From assembly GCA_963718615.1 (NCBI GenBank), contig OY970368.1, positions 4,480,001 through 4,544,000 on the forward strand: a stretch of DNA of 64,000 bases, in the 5' to 3' direction. This document shows positions 20,012 to 31,900 of the stretch, one piece after another (within the stretch, counting starts at the first letter, position 1; each line of letters starts with the position of its first letter). The notes under the pieces were generated by a model, which saw nothing but the letters and a program-made list of their open reading frames with translations, did no database searches and was not told the DNA's origin. Origin of the DNA: an uncultured cyanobacterium (GTDB lineage Bacteria; Cyanobacteriota; Cyanobacteriia; PCC-9006; JAAUQQ01). The translations under genes were made by a program, and so were the position numbers.

Positions 20012-22438
20012 TCAAAGTGCTGTCCAAAAGTGGCTACAGACAACGGTTTTTACGCTTTCCCAAGGGGCATACCAATAGAGTTCATGAATCGTGCCGTACT
20101 GCTCGGTCTCTTCCGACCACAATAGGCGAACCGATCCAATATTATTCCGGCCTACAACTTCCGAGCCCTCTTGGATCCAGCGACTTTGCCAAAGGCGCTG
20201 CCAAAATTTTCGGTCTTGGTGCTGAATATTTCGCAGACCCTCTGGATCGATCGCCCAATCGGGATAGGAACAGGGTCGTCGCCGACTCCAAGTGGTTTTG
20301 TATTGCCAATCGGGCGCAGGCTGATGCTGACGCCAACGCCGCCACCATCGACTCAGTGCACAGCTTGAACGCTCTTCTTGCTCCCCAGAATCCCAGCCGA
20401 TCCATTGTCGGGACGATTCTGGAAACAGATTTTTGAGTTTGGAGTGCAAGAGAGCGGTAAGCAATTCAGAATTACACATAGCGCTGGCGGTGAGTTGAAC
20501 CAACACCTGAGGAGGCTCCTGGGTCAACCTATGAGGAGAAGGGTGAAGGGAATGGGGGTGGCGATCGCGATGCCAATATTCCAACCGAATACTCGAACTA
20601 AAATGAATATCACCGGACAGAACTACGACCCGCTGATGCTGCTCAAATAGCATGCGCAAGAATGCATTGCGATTGGATTCAGTTTGATTCCAGGAATCAC
20701 CCACATCCATATCAAACTCATCGCCCCGCCAACGGGCTAGAGTCTGGATTTGATCCAAAAGCTTGAGACCAAATAAATTGGTTGGAACCACAACAAAGGT
20801 TAGTTTGGGGATTGATTGGGAGACTGACAAAGTATTTGCTGGAGACGATGGGTCGGACAACTTAACTAGGGCTGAGAGCTGTGTTTCGATCGCCCGATGA
20901 CACAAAAGCTGAGCCGGAGCCGTGGGGTCTTTGTCGATACAATAGCCCCGCCAAGTGCGAGTATCCAGAACTAAAACTTGATGGTTTAGCCCTTGGACCG
21001 TATAATGCCAGGGAATGGCCTGGGTATCCCGTTGAAAGATTTCTGCGTCTTGATCCTGCTCAAATTGAGGACATCGAGAAATGGGTTTGCGGTGAGGTAA
21101 TCCTAGGTGATTCCAAACCTTTTCTTGAGCCTCCAAATCCCGCCCCTGGGAGGTACACCACTGGGCGATCGCCCCTAAAATCCCTGATCGAGACGATTGC
21201 AATCGGTCTGGCGTATTGCCCCAACCTTGAAACAGAGCATAGGCTAAAAGCGCATTAAACACGACCCGTTGTCCTAACGGTTTTTCGAAAACACGGTAAC
21301 ACCAAGCCTGATTCAAGTTCCAATCATCACTCACATCATGATCATCAAAAATCATGTAGGTTGGGATATTCGCGAGCGCTCGTCGCACCCGATGCTGGGC
21401 ATTGGCAAAGGCCTTGAGCTGGTCTAGGGTTTGATTCCACTGCTGGGCCGTTTTTCCCGTTAATCCTAAGGTTTGACTATCCAAAAAGGGCAATTGCCAG
21501 AGACATTGTGACCAAGAGAACAAATAGGCAGAGCAGTATTCTCCCAATCGAAAGAGATGATTACTCGCTTTTTCTGGCGTGTTTTTGAGACTTGCTGTTA
21601 GCCCAGCCTCCTCTTCGGCTAAGTCCTTGCGTTGTCCTGGTTCGAGTTGCGCGACGCCCTTATCCGGTGGGAGGGGCAAGGGCTCTTCCCAACCCAAGAG
21701 CAAAGCTTCTGCCTGAATAATGGCGGCCAAACAGGGACCGTTCATTTCATCGCCGTAGATCTGATCGCCGGTGAGAAACAATTGGTGAGGTCGATGATTC
21801 GCTTGGTGGGCCGTGTGGGCGATCGCCAAATCCAAAATTTGCAGTGCATCATTGCCTTCTCCCCCCAGTTTACGACAGGAACCATGGAAAATTCTCAGGT
21901 GATTTAAGTCGACCGGATCGAGGGCAAAGGTAGGTAATCCATGGTCAAAATAGCTGACCGAAACCGTCGGTAACCGGGGAGAACAAAGCCCTGAGGCAAG
22001 GGGAATTGGAGCAGCAAACTCAGCATCGGACTGGGGTGGCAATTCAAGATCATGGGCCAGATCAAATGCCAGATTAAATGTAAGGTCATAGGCATAGATC
22101 TGCCCCGACTCCAACAGGGTTAAATCCGGACTTTGAACAGTAACAACGACCAAATGCAGTGCAGTGCCGATCGCCAAGGTGGAAGCTTGGGCTGAGCCGA
22201 GACAGGGACCCAGCGATCGCCCGTCCTGCTCTGTCGCATAAATCTGAAGCGTGACGCGGCAGGACTGCTTGAGCGCAATCCAAACCGAAACCTGCTGCCG
22301 CTCCGTCCGTCGCAAAATGGGTCCAGCCAACACTAGGGGTAGCTGAGCAAAAACCTGCTCGGGGTTTTCTTGGGGGCGAGTATCCTTCGCGCTGGGCATT
22401 TTGAGCCTTCCCTGCCATGTCTTAAACTGGCCATCCAT
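20012..22438 (-). CDS. PhoD-like phosphatase / metallophosphoesterase
   Basis: HGSCRK, LTGDQIYGD, IFDDHDVSDDW, LDTRTWR, LSGDIH. Confidence 0.85.
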   Translation of the reverse strand: MDGQFKTWQGRLKMPSAKDTRPQENPEQVFAQLPLVLAGPILRRTERQQVSVWIALKQSCRVTLQIYATEQDGRSLGPCLGSAQASTLAIGTALHLVVVTVQSPDLTLLESGQIYAYDLTFNLAFDLAHDLELPPQSDAEFAAPIPLASGLCSPRLPTVSVSYFDHGLPTFALDPVDLNHLRIFHGSCRKLGGEGNDALQILDLAIAHTAHQANHRPHQLFLTGDQIYGDEMNGPCLAAIIQAEALLLGWEEPLPLPPDKGVAQLEPGQRKDLAEEEAGLTASLKNTPEKASNHLFRLGEYCSAYLFSWSQCLWQLPFLDSQTLGLTGKTAQQWNQTLDQLKAFANAQHRVRRALANIPTYMIFDDHDVSDDWNLNQAWCYRVFEKPLGQRVVFNALLAYALFQGWGNTPDRLQSSRSGILGAIAQWCTSQGRDLEAQEKVWNHLGLPHRKPISRCPQFEQDQDAEIFQRDTQAIPWHYTVQGLNHQVLVLDTRTWRGYCIDKDPTAPAQLLCHRAIETQLSALVKLSDPSSPANTLSVSQSIPKLTFVVVPTNLFGLKLLDQIQTLARWRGDEFDMDVGDSWNQTESNRNAFLRMLFEQHQRVVVLSGDIHFSSSIRLEYWHRDRHPHSLHPSPHRLTQEPPQVLVQLTASAMCNSELLTALLHSKLKNLFPESSRQWIGWDSGEQEERSSCALSRWWRRWRQHQPAPDWQYKTTWSRRRPCSYPDWAIDPEGLRNIQHQDRKFWQRLWQSRWIQEGSEVVGRNNIGSVRLLWSEETEQYGTIHELYWYAPWESVKTVVCSHFWTAL

Positions 22439-22539
22439 TCAATCTTCTCTGAAACTAGGAAATTTCCCTATCCCTCCCAGGGGGAATCAAGGCCGAGAAG
22501 CAAGGGTACAGACAGGAATTTGAGGAGCGTTGAGAAACG

Positions 22540-23451
22540 TTAGAGCGACTGGATCTCCTGCAAGAGCCAAAACCCGGCGAATTTCTCCTCGTCAGGACCC
22601 GCTTGAATACCGATGAAGTGAAGGTGATTGGCTTGGGCTTTTGTCGCCTCAAAGGACTTGGCCTCTTCGATGGTGGCCTGGTTATTGATGGCGACGAGGA
22701 GCCAACGATCGCTCACCCCCGTTTCCAAAACCATACTCGTCGGCGGTCCCCCATCAAACTTTAAAAAGGCCAGTTCTAAGCCCGACATCCAAGCCGCCAA
22801 GGGCGTTGCTCGCTTCGAAAAGATCAGCAAGCCTGGAATTTTTGCCTCGGGATCCACCAACCCCTTGAGGGAAAACGCCTCGCCAAAATCGATGGGCCAG
22901 TCGGCCATGTCGAGAAAATCCGCCGCCGTCAGGGTCACAAAGGCCCAGCGCTCCCCCTGTAAGGCATCGGGTAAGGGCTGGGCGGGGTCAGGCATATATT
23001 GCACTGAAGAATTATTGGCCCCTTGGTAGCCTTCCGCCTGGGGATAAACCTCGGCATAGCGTTGTTGCAGCCACTGGGACAGGGTAGTGGTCCGGCGGCT
23101 GGCCTTGGCCGGGATACCCGCATCATCGCAGGCCTTGAGCACCATATTATTCATTTGGCGGCGAAAAAAGCGGATAAGCGTGGGGGGCTTGGGGGCTTGG
23201 GCGATCGCCTCCTCCAAGGCTTCCCGCAGCCAAATCGAATTCACCGAGGTACTCGGGCAATACCGGGTATAGCGAAATCCCTCCACAGGGTCTGCATCCG
23301 CCGCCAGCGGTGTTTCACAAATCACCACCTCCCAGAGCTTTTTGCCGTTTTCTTCGACAATCGGGCGCGAGTAAAAATCCAGTTCCCAGATGGTGTTGCG
23401 GTCCGCCATATTTCTGTTCTCCATCGTGGCTGCCTGATCCTGTGACGCCAT
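22540..23451 (-). CDS. Tab2/Atab2 family RNA-binding protein
   Basis: WELDFYSRP...KKLWE, VNSIWL, FFRRQM, LAAWMSGLE, FAGFWLL. Confidence 0.93.
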   Translation of the reverse strand: MASQDQAATMENRNMADRNTIWELDFYSRPIVEENGKKLWEVVICETPLAADADPVEGFRYTRYCPSTSVNSIWLREALEEAIAQAPKPPTLIRFFRRQMNNMVLKACDDAGIPAKASRRTTTLSQWLQQRYAEVYPQAEGYQGANNSSVQYMPDPAQPLPDALQGERWAFVTLTAADFLDMADWPIDFGEAFSLKGLVDPEAKIPGLLIFSKRATPLAAWMSGLELAFLKFDGGPPTSMVLETGVSDRWLLVAINNQATIEEAKSFEATKAQANHLHFIGIQAGPDEEKFAGFWLLQEIQSL

Positions 23452-23524
23452 TTATTCTCCCGCAGATACTGGCCCAATCGGCGCAGAGATGCGATCGCCT
23501 ATAATACAGCTACCTTGGTACAAG

Positions 23525-23803
23525 CTAGGCAGTGATTGCCCCTCCACTCAGTTCCGGTAAGAAAGCAAGCACAATTTGCTCCTCAGGGATACCAGCCCGA
23601 GCTAAAGATTGGCTAATGCCTTGCTCTAGGCCATCGTACTCGACCCAAACCTTGCCGCTACGGAGGGTGAATTCGCTGGCAGCAAGGTCAATACACAGCA
23701 GCCGCTCCCCGAAAGAAACAACGTAAGGATCGTCTGTAATACTCCAGCCATCCTTGACCAGAGCTTGTCGGACAGTACTGTGAATAGCGTCTCTTTGAGG
23801 CAA
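23525..23803 (-). pseudogene. In-frame fusion of the XisH N-terminus with the XisI C-terminus (internally deleted xisHI)
   Basis: RDAIHSTVRQALVKDGWSITDDP...IDLAA is XisH-like; GKVWVEYDGLEQGI...GIPEEQIVLAF is XisI-like; 92 aa in total. Confidence 0.75.
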
Positions 23804-23898
23804 AATATTGGCTCTAATCGTCAGTCAATGAACTCCTGATACGGAGAGGGAGAGGATGCGGAGACTGTTTCAGGGCGCGAGAGATGCGCCCCTAGCTA

Positions 23899-24789
23899 TT
23901 ATTGAGCGTCTAGTTTCTTGCGGGCACGCTCGGCGCGAGACTCGGCGCTGGCCATGACCTCAGCCATATTTTCGAGCATTTCCCCGGCATGGTTTTCCAG
24001 GATTTTCGTAGAAAGGGCAATGCGGCCCCGACCTTCGTCAATATCCACCACCATGGCCTGGATGGTTTGACCAGGTTCTAGGATGGCCGAGAGGGATTCG
24101 ACGTAGCGATCGCTCACCTGCTTGATATGCAGCAGCCCCGTCGTCCCACCAAAGCTAATAAACGCCCCAAAGGGTTTGATACTCGCCACCTGACCCGAAA
24201 TCAATTGGCCCACTTCCAATTCCGCCATCCGGGCTGACTGGCTCGCTAATCGTTCCGACAGCACCAGCTTCTTCGCCTGGGCATTGACTTCCAAAAATTT
24301 AACGTTGAGAATTTTGCCCTTGAGGCCGTCGAGGTCTTCTTTTTCCCGCAGGTGCGATCGCGGAATAAAGCCCTTGAGCCCCTCCACATCCACCGTCACA
24401 CCGCCTCGATTAGAGCCCGTCACCTTCACGTCTAGAGAACCATTGCCCTCCGCCCTCTCCTGGACCTTTTCCCAAGCCTGGTCCAGCAACCGCCGCCGCA
24501 AGGACAGCGTTACCTGGCCTTCCTCATTTTGATCTCGAATCACCACGAACTCGAAGGACTCACCCACCGGCAGCTTGGCCGAGAGATCCAACACCGGACG
24601 CAGCGAAGCCTCCTGTTGGGGCAAAAACGCCGCCGCCTTCCCGCCGATATCGACAAAAGCGCCATCATTGACATGGTCAGCAATAATACCCTTCACGGTT
24701 TGACCCACCGCAAAGCCGTAATCATGCTGGGTGAGGGCCTTCTCGAAATCCTCCATGGAGAAGGACAGGTCTTGGGGTTGCGGACTCAT
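23899..24789 (-). CDS. rps1b: 30S ribosomal protein S1 homolog B (three S1 domains)
   Basis: FSMEDFEKAL, VDIGGKAAAFLP, GLKGFIPRSHL, KPFGAF...GLLHI; likely start MSPQ at 24789. Confidence 0.88.
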   Translation of the reverse strand: MSPQPQDLSFSMEDFEKALTQHDYGFAVGQTVKGIIADHVNDGAFVDIGGKAAAFLPQQEASLRPVLDLSAKLPVGESFEFVVIRDQNEEGQVTLSLRRRLLDQAWEKVQERAEGNGSLDVKVTGSNRGGVTVDVEGLKGFIPRSHLREKEDLDGLKGKILNVKFLEVNAQAKKLVLSERLASQSARMAELEVGQLISGQVASIKPFGAFISFGGTTGLLHIKQVSDRYVESLSAILEPGQTIQAMVVDIDEGRGRIALSTKILENHAGEMLENMAEVMASAESRAERARKKLDAQ

Positions 24790-25038
24790 AGAAGCAAAAA
24801 CAGTAAATAAAATAGAAATCGAGCCAAGCGACAAGGGGGAAGCAATCCCACCGCCGTTCAAGCCATTCTCCATCTTAATGGTTTGAACGAAACCGAGGCA
24901 GAATATCCGGACTATCCCTTGGATCTGCCGTTGATCTGGGTAGGGGTCAACCTCAACGAAGGCGTAGGATCCCCCTAGAGAGGGTGGGAAAACCCGCTAA
25001 AAGTCGCTAAATTAAAGGGTGATTGCAAAGGAGATGCC

Positions 25039-25740
25039 GTGTTTATGCTTTCGCTGGAAATCAATCCGACGCTGGATTATCACAGTTCGTCCTACCAAGA
25101 GGCCTATGGTCGGGTCAATGCCCTGGTCATTGAGGGTGAGCAAGAGGCATCCCACAACTATCGTCAAATGGCTCAGATGATGCCCGAGCACCAAGACCGA
25201 CTGTTGGCCCTGGCCAAGATGGAGCGACGGCACCAGCGCAGCTTTCTAAGCTGCGGCAGGCATCTGGGCATCAAACCGGATTTAGCCTTTGCGCAACAGT
25301 CCTTTGAAGGATTACGCCATAACTTCGATGTGGCCAGTGCCCAGGGCGCGTTGGTGGATTGTTTGCTGATTCAGTCGCTGGTGATCGAGTGTTTTGCGAT
25401 CGCCACCTGTCACGCCTACATCCCCGTCGCTGACGACTTTGCCCGTAAGCTCACCGAAAGCGTCCTGCGAGACGAATATAAACACCTCAATTTTGGCAAG
25501 ACCTGGCTCCAGAGTCATTTTAAGACCATCAAGTCCGACCTAGAAAGCGCCAACCGCCAAAATTTGCCCCTGATGTGGCAAATTCTCGATCGCCTCAAAC
25601 CCGATGCCGCTGTCATTGGCATCGACCCCGAAGCCCTGGAAGAAGATTTTACGATTCAGTACGGTGAAGCCCTCGAAGAAATTGGCTTTGGCTTCCGAGA
25701 AGTTGCCTGCATGTCCGATCCTCACGGATGGGCCGCCTAG
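25039..25740 (+). CDS. ado: Aldehyde-deformylating oxygenase homolog (ferritin-like di-iron), divergent
   Basis: LDY..SSYQEAYGRVNALVIEGEQEA, LAKMERRH, CLLIQSLVIECFAIA, YIPVADDFARKLTE, DEYKHLNFG, NRQNLPL, YGEALEEIGF. Collinear with cyanobacterial ADO; RBS AAGGAG upstream. Confidence 0.93.
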   Translation: MFMLSLEINPTLDYHSSSYQEAYGRVNALVIEGEQEASHNYRQMAQMMPEHQDRLLALAKMERRHQRSFLSCGRHLGIKPDLAFAQQSFEGLRHNFDVASAQGALVDCLLIQSLVIECFAIATCHAYIPVADDFARKLTESVLRDEYKHLNFGKTWLQSHFKTIKSDLESANRQNLPLMWQILDRLKPDAAVIGIDPEALEEDFTIQYGEALEEIGFGFREVACMSDPHGWAA

Positions 25741-25927
25741 GATTGAGGGTTTGCTCAGCCACCGATCTAGGGAATTGGAGATAGCCATCGCCCTGTCTGG
25801 GACGCTTCCCTTAGCCCTTTTCCGCTGCCCTTTCCTGGGCGTAACGTCGCGCGTAGGTCAGACAGTATGATGAGGTGTCAGTCTTCATAAATAATTCAGA
25901 CTTCTCAAGAAGTTGCAAAATTGGTAG

Positions 25928-28900
25928 ATGTCCCAAACTTTCCCCAGCTTTGTAGCCTTACTGCGGCATCGGGCGCAGCATCTCTCTGACAAAACGGCGT
26001 TTATCTTTCTGCAAGACGGAGAGACCGTTGCAGAGGCGCTTTCCTATCAGGCGCTGGATCAACGGGCACGGGCGATCGCCGCTCAGCTACAGGACTTGGG
26101 GGCAACGGGGGAACGGGCGCTTTTGCTTTATCCGCCGGGATTGGATTTTATTGCGGCCTTTTTTGGCTGTTTGTACGCGGGGGTGACGGCGGTTCCGGCC
26201 TATCCGCCTCGGGCCAATCGATCCCTAGAACGACTTCAGGCGATCGTGGCGGATGCGGAGGCGCGGTTTGCTTTAACGACGAGTGCGCTCCTGGAAAGCC
26301 TGGAAGGGCAGTTGTTTCAAGCAGATTCGAGTGAGATTCGCTGTTTGGCAACGGATAGGACTTCGGCGACGGGGGCTGGGGCGATCGCCCAGTGGGCTGA
26401 GGCTTGGGAACCAGGGGCGATCGCCCCCGACCAGCTCGCCTTTTTGCAATACACCAGTGGCTCCACGGGAAAGCCCAAGGGCGTCATGGTCAGCCATGGC
26501 AATTTGATTCATAACTCCACGCTGATCAACCAGGGGTTTCAGGACAACGGCGACAGCCAAGGGGTTTCCTGGCTCCCGCCCTACCACGACATGGGGCTGA
26601 TCGGCGGGATTTTGCAACCGCTGTTTGTCGGGGCCTCAATGGTCCTGATGCCGCCCGTAAGCTTCTTACAACGGCCTTTGCGCTGGCTCCAGGCGATTTC
26701 TAAATACCGGGCGACGACCAGTGGCGGTCCGAACTTTGCCTACGACCTTTGCGCCAAGCAAATTTCCCCAGAACAACGGGCGGAGCTAGACCTAAGCTGT
26801 TGGACCCTAGCGTTTACAGGAGCTGAGCCGATTCGTGCCCAAACGCTAGATTTGTTTGCGGAAGCCTTTGCCCCAGTCGGATTTCAGCGACAGGCGTTCT
26901 ATCCCTGCTACGGCATGGCAGAGACGACGCTGATGGTGACCGGCGGAGATAAACCTGGGGTGCCGGTGGTGACAACGGTGGATGGGGTGGCGTTGCAGGA
27001 AAATCGGGTGCGATCCTGCGGAGCTTGGCGCAGCCCATCGTCCCAAGCCCCAGACCAAGCCCCAGACCAAGACCAGATCCTCGTGGGCTCGGGTCAAACG
27101 CTCCTGGGCCAAACTCTCAAGATTGTTGATCCAGAAACCTTTCAGCCTTTAGCCGACCATCAGGTGGGGGAAATCTGGGTGGCGGGGCCGAGCGTCGCCC
27201 AAGGGTATTGGCATCAGCCCGAACTCACCCAGGCCATGTTTCAGGCTCGGCTGGCGACAGAGCCGATGGGACCGAGCTTTCTGCGGACGGGGGATCTGGG
27301 TTTTGTTCAGTCCGGTGAGCTGTTTGTGACGGGCCGTCTGAAGGATCTGATTATTATCCGGGGTCGCAATCACTACCCCCAGGACCTCGAAGAAACCGTG
27401 GCCCAGGCCCATCCGGATTTGCAGGTGGCGGCGGGGGCAGCGTTTGCGGTAGAGGTGGATGGGGAAGAGCGGTTGGTGGTGGTTCAGGAAGTCAAGCGTA
27501 GTGCCTTGCGCAAGCTTGAGGGGGCAGCGGTGGCCCAGGCGATTCGCAAGGCGGTGGCCCAAGTCCATGACCTTCAGCCCCAGGCGATTTTGTTACTGAA
27601 AACGGGCAGTATCCCTAAAACTTCTAGTGGCAAGATTCAGCGGTTTGCCTGCCGGGCGGGGTTTTTGGAGCGATCGCTCAACACCGTTTATGAATGGTCC
27701 GCCAATCCCCAGTCTGAAAATGCGCTGGATGCAGCAACCTTGCCTCGGCTTGAGGACGAACGGCGGTTTGAGGACGAACGGCGGTTCGTCCCTATGGGGG
27801 GGCAGGGGTCGGGGAAGGCGGTTGAAATTGCCCATTGGTTGACGCAGCGGTTGGCAGAAGCCACCGGTCAATCGGCTCGGAGTATTGACCCTCAGGAGGC
27901 GATCGCCAATCTCGGCCTAGATTCCCTGCGGGTGGTTCGCCTGTCTGCGGAGCTGGAAGACTGGTTAGGGCTAAAACTTTCGCCGACCTTGGCCTACGAT
28001 TATCCGACGATCGCCAGCCTCTCCGCCTATTTGGCCCATCAGGTCGATCCCCAGGCTAATCCCTCCCAGAATGAGGTGTCAGGGGTCGGGTCGATATCTG
28101 CTCAACAGCCCGTGGGTCATGAGGCGATCGCCATTGTCGGTCTCGGCTGTCGGTTCCCCGGTGCAAAAAATCCCGAGGAATTTTGGCAACTGTTGATCGA
28201 GGGCAAGGATGCGATTCGGCCCAGTCAACGATGGGTCAAGGTCAGCACAGCAGGGGGCGATCGCCCGGACTGGGGCGGTTTTCTCGATGATGTGGACCAA
28301 TTCGACCCGCAATTTTTTGGCCTATCCCCCCGCGAAGCCCAGCGGATGGATCCCCAGCAACGGCTGCTCTTGGAGGTCACCTGGGAAGCGCTAGAACAGG
28401 CGGGGATTCCGGCGACGCAACTGGCCGGGACTTCGACAGGGGTGTTTGTCGGCGTCAGCAGCAGCGATTACGCCCAGCTTCAGGCGGCCCAAGGCATTCC
28501 CGTCGATGCCTACGCGGGCACGGGCAATGCCCACAGCATTGCGGCCAATCGGCTGTCCTATTTTTTCGATTTGCATGGCCCTTCTTTGGCGGTGGATACG
28601 GCCTGTTCGTCATCGCTGGTGGCGGTGCATTTGGCCAGTCAGGCGCTGAATCAAGGAACTTGCGAGATGGCGATCGCCGCTGGGGTCAACCTGATGCTCT
28701 CGCCCAATCTCACCGAGATATTCCGTCAGGCAGGCATGATGGCGGCAGACGGACGCTGCAAAACCTTTGATGCCCAGGCGGATGGCTATGTGCGGGGGGA
28801 AGGCTGTGGGGTGGTCCTGCTGAAACGGCTGTCGGTGGCGGAACAGGCGGGCGATCGCATTCTCGCGGTTATCCAAGGTTCTGCGGTTAACCAAGATGGG

Positions 28901-31900
28901 CGCAGCAATGGCCTCACGGCTCCCAATGGTCGGGCGCAGCAGGCGGTGGTGCGGCAGGCTTTGGCCCAGGCGGGCATTGCCGCTGCGGATCTGGGTTACA
29001 TCGAAGCCCACGGCACCGGTACATCCCTAGGTGATCCCATTGAGCTAAATGCCCTCCAGGCTGTGTTAGCGGCGGATACACCCTGTTGGATTGGCTCGGT
29101 GAAAACCAATATTGGTCATCTCGAAGCAGCAGCGGGAATTGCGGGGCTGATCAAATCCGTCTTGGCCTTACAACGGGAAACGATTCCACCCCATCTTCAT
29201 TTGAACGAACTGAATCCCCATATTCAGCTCCAGGAAGGTCTGAAAATTCCGACCCAGGCTCAACCTTGGCCGAGGGGTGATAAGCCTCGGTTGGCGGGGA
29301 TTAGCTCCTTTGGATTTGGCGGGACCAATGCCCATCTGGTGGTGGGGGATTGGGGCGGGATGGTTGGTCGTCCCCGTATGGGGCCGGGGCGATCGCCTCA
29401 ACTGCTGTTGCTGAGTGCGAAAACGGCTACGGCCCTGACGGATGTGGTTCGGCGGTATGAGGCTTGGCTCGCGACCCATTCCGAGGCTGACCTAGCGGAT
29501 GTCTGTTTTAGTGCCAATACAGGACGGGTTAGGTTTGAGCATCGCCTCACCTGTGTTGCGGAGACAACGGCACAACTTCAGCAGCAGTTCCAAGGATTTT
29601 TGCAGGGGGGACGGCGTCCGCTGGGATTATGGCAGGGTCAGGCTCAGCGACAGAATGCCCTTGCCTTTCTGTTTACGGGGCAAGGCTCTCAGTTCGTTGG
29701 CATGGGCCAGCAGTTGTATGCAACAGAACCCATCTTTGCGTCAGCCTTAAACCACTGTGCTCAACTGTTGCAACCCCATCTAGACTGTTCGCTGATCGAG
29801 CTGCTCTATCCTCCGGCGGGTCAGACCTCGGCACTAGACGAAACCCTTTATACGCAACCAGCTCTTTTTGCCCTGGAATATGCCTTGGCCCAGCTTTGGT
29901 TGTCCTGGGGCGTGCAGCCCACAGTGGTGATGGGCCATAGTGTCGGGGAATATGTTGCCGCTTGTTTGGCCGGCGTATTTAGTCTAGAAGATGGTCTACG
30001 GTTGATTGCGGCACGGGCAAGGCTGATGCAGGGGTTACCCCAAACGGGGGGAATGGTGGCGGTGTTTGCCTCGGAAGGACGGTTGCGGGATGCTCTAGCA
30101 ACGTTGCCGGAGTCGGTGTTTCCGGAGGCGGTGGCGATCGCAGCCTTCAACGGTCCTGAACTCATTGTCCTCTCCGGCCACAATGATGCCCTAGCAACCG
30201 TCATCGACCAACTCAAAACCGAAAGCATCCGCTGCCGCCTCTTGAAGGTGTCCCACGCGTTTCACTCGCCCCTGATGGATCCGATTTTGGCGGAGTTTGA
30301 GCAAGTGGCTCAGACGGTCACCTATCGTCTCCCTCAGTTGCCCCTCGTCTCGAATCTGACCGGCAAGCTAGCAACCGCAGAGGTCGCTTCAGCGGACTAT
30401 TGGGTCCGTCACATTCGTCAACCGGTGAAGTTTGAAGCGAGTATGCACTGCTTGCAGGACCAGGGCACAGCAGCGGCCCAAAACTTGGCCCAGGACTCGG
30501 CCCAGCCAATCTTTCTAGAAATTGGTCCACAGCCAACGCTGCTCCCCATGGGGCGACAGTGTTTGACCAAGACCAAAGGCATCTGGCTGCCCAGCCTTTA
30601 TCCCGGCAAAGCCGATACCCAGCAACTGCTGCAAAGCCTGGCTAGTCTGGCGGTACAAGGAGTAACCATCGATTGGCAAACCTTCTATCGCAACGGCAAC
30701 TATCAGCGTCTCGATCTGCCGACCTATCCCTTTCAGCGACAGCGTTGTTGGCTGGAGGATCTCCAACCACCCCGTTTGACTGCAACGGGGCAGGGTGCGA
30801 TGAATGCTGTTTCTGCTCCTCAAGGAACTGCCTATCAGGTTGTTTGGGAACCCTCATCCATTACACCTTCTGATCCAATTCTGGAGAATCGGCGGGTAGG
30901 AACTTGGCTCGTGCTGGCTGATCAGTCGGGGGTGGGACAGGCGATCGCCACAAAGCTCCAAGCCCAAGGGAACTCTGTCCAGGTGATTGAGCGGGGCGAT
31001 CGCCAATCTCTCGATCAATTCAAAACCCTCTTCGCCGAAGTTCTTGGGCAACCCACCTCAGGGCCTGCCCCCATCCAAGGCATTCTCCACTGCTGGAGTT
31101 TAGATTTACCGACCGTTGCATCCTTAACAACAGATGACCTCGCTCCCCCAGAGAACCTTGTGACCCAATCGGCTTGGAACTGCGCAAGTGTCCTGGGCCT
31201 GATCCAGCAGTTGGCACAGCAAGCCTCAGGTCAGACATTCGTAGGTCAGCGTTCCATTCCGCTCTGGTTGCTAACCCAAGGAACCCAAACGGTCCATGGC
31301 GAGGCTGTGACCGGTTTGACTCAGAGTCCACTCTGGGGACTGGGGAAGGTCATTGCCCTAGAGCATCCGGAGTTTTGGGGCGGGTTGGTTGATTTGGCTT
31401 CGGATGTAACGGCCAGGGAGGAGGAGGCGATCGCCCAATTCATTGCGCTTGTTACCGATCGTGGCTTGCATTGCGATCAAATTGCGTTGCGCGATCGCCC
31501 CTATATTGCCAAGCTTCAGCCGGTTGCTCTACCATCACTGTCTGCGGCCTCACTGGTGATCCAGCCCCAATCCAGTTATTTGATTACCGGCGGTCTTGGA
31601 GCCTTGGGATTAAGCTTAGCCCATTGGTTGGTGGCACAAGGAGCAAGGCATTTGCTGCTCGTGAGTCGGCGATCGCCCAATCCTCAACAGCAGGCCCAAG
31701 TCGAAGCCATACGGTCAAAAGGCGTGGATTGCCAGGTGCGCGTCCTGGACGTCACCGATACCGCTGCGGTTCAGGCCCTCTGCACCGAACTCCGCCAGTC
31801 AGCCCATCCCTTGGGAGGTCTGATCCATGCCGCAGGGACACTGAGCGATGGCCTGCTGCAAGGCCAATCCTGGGAATCCTGGGAAACGGTTTTAGCACCT

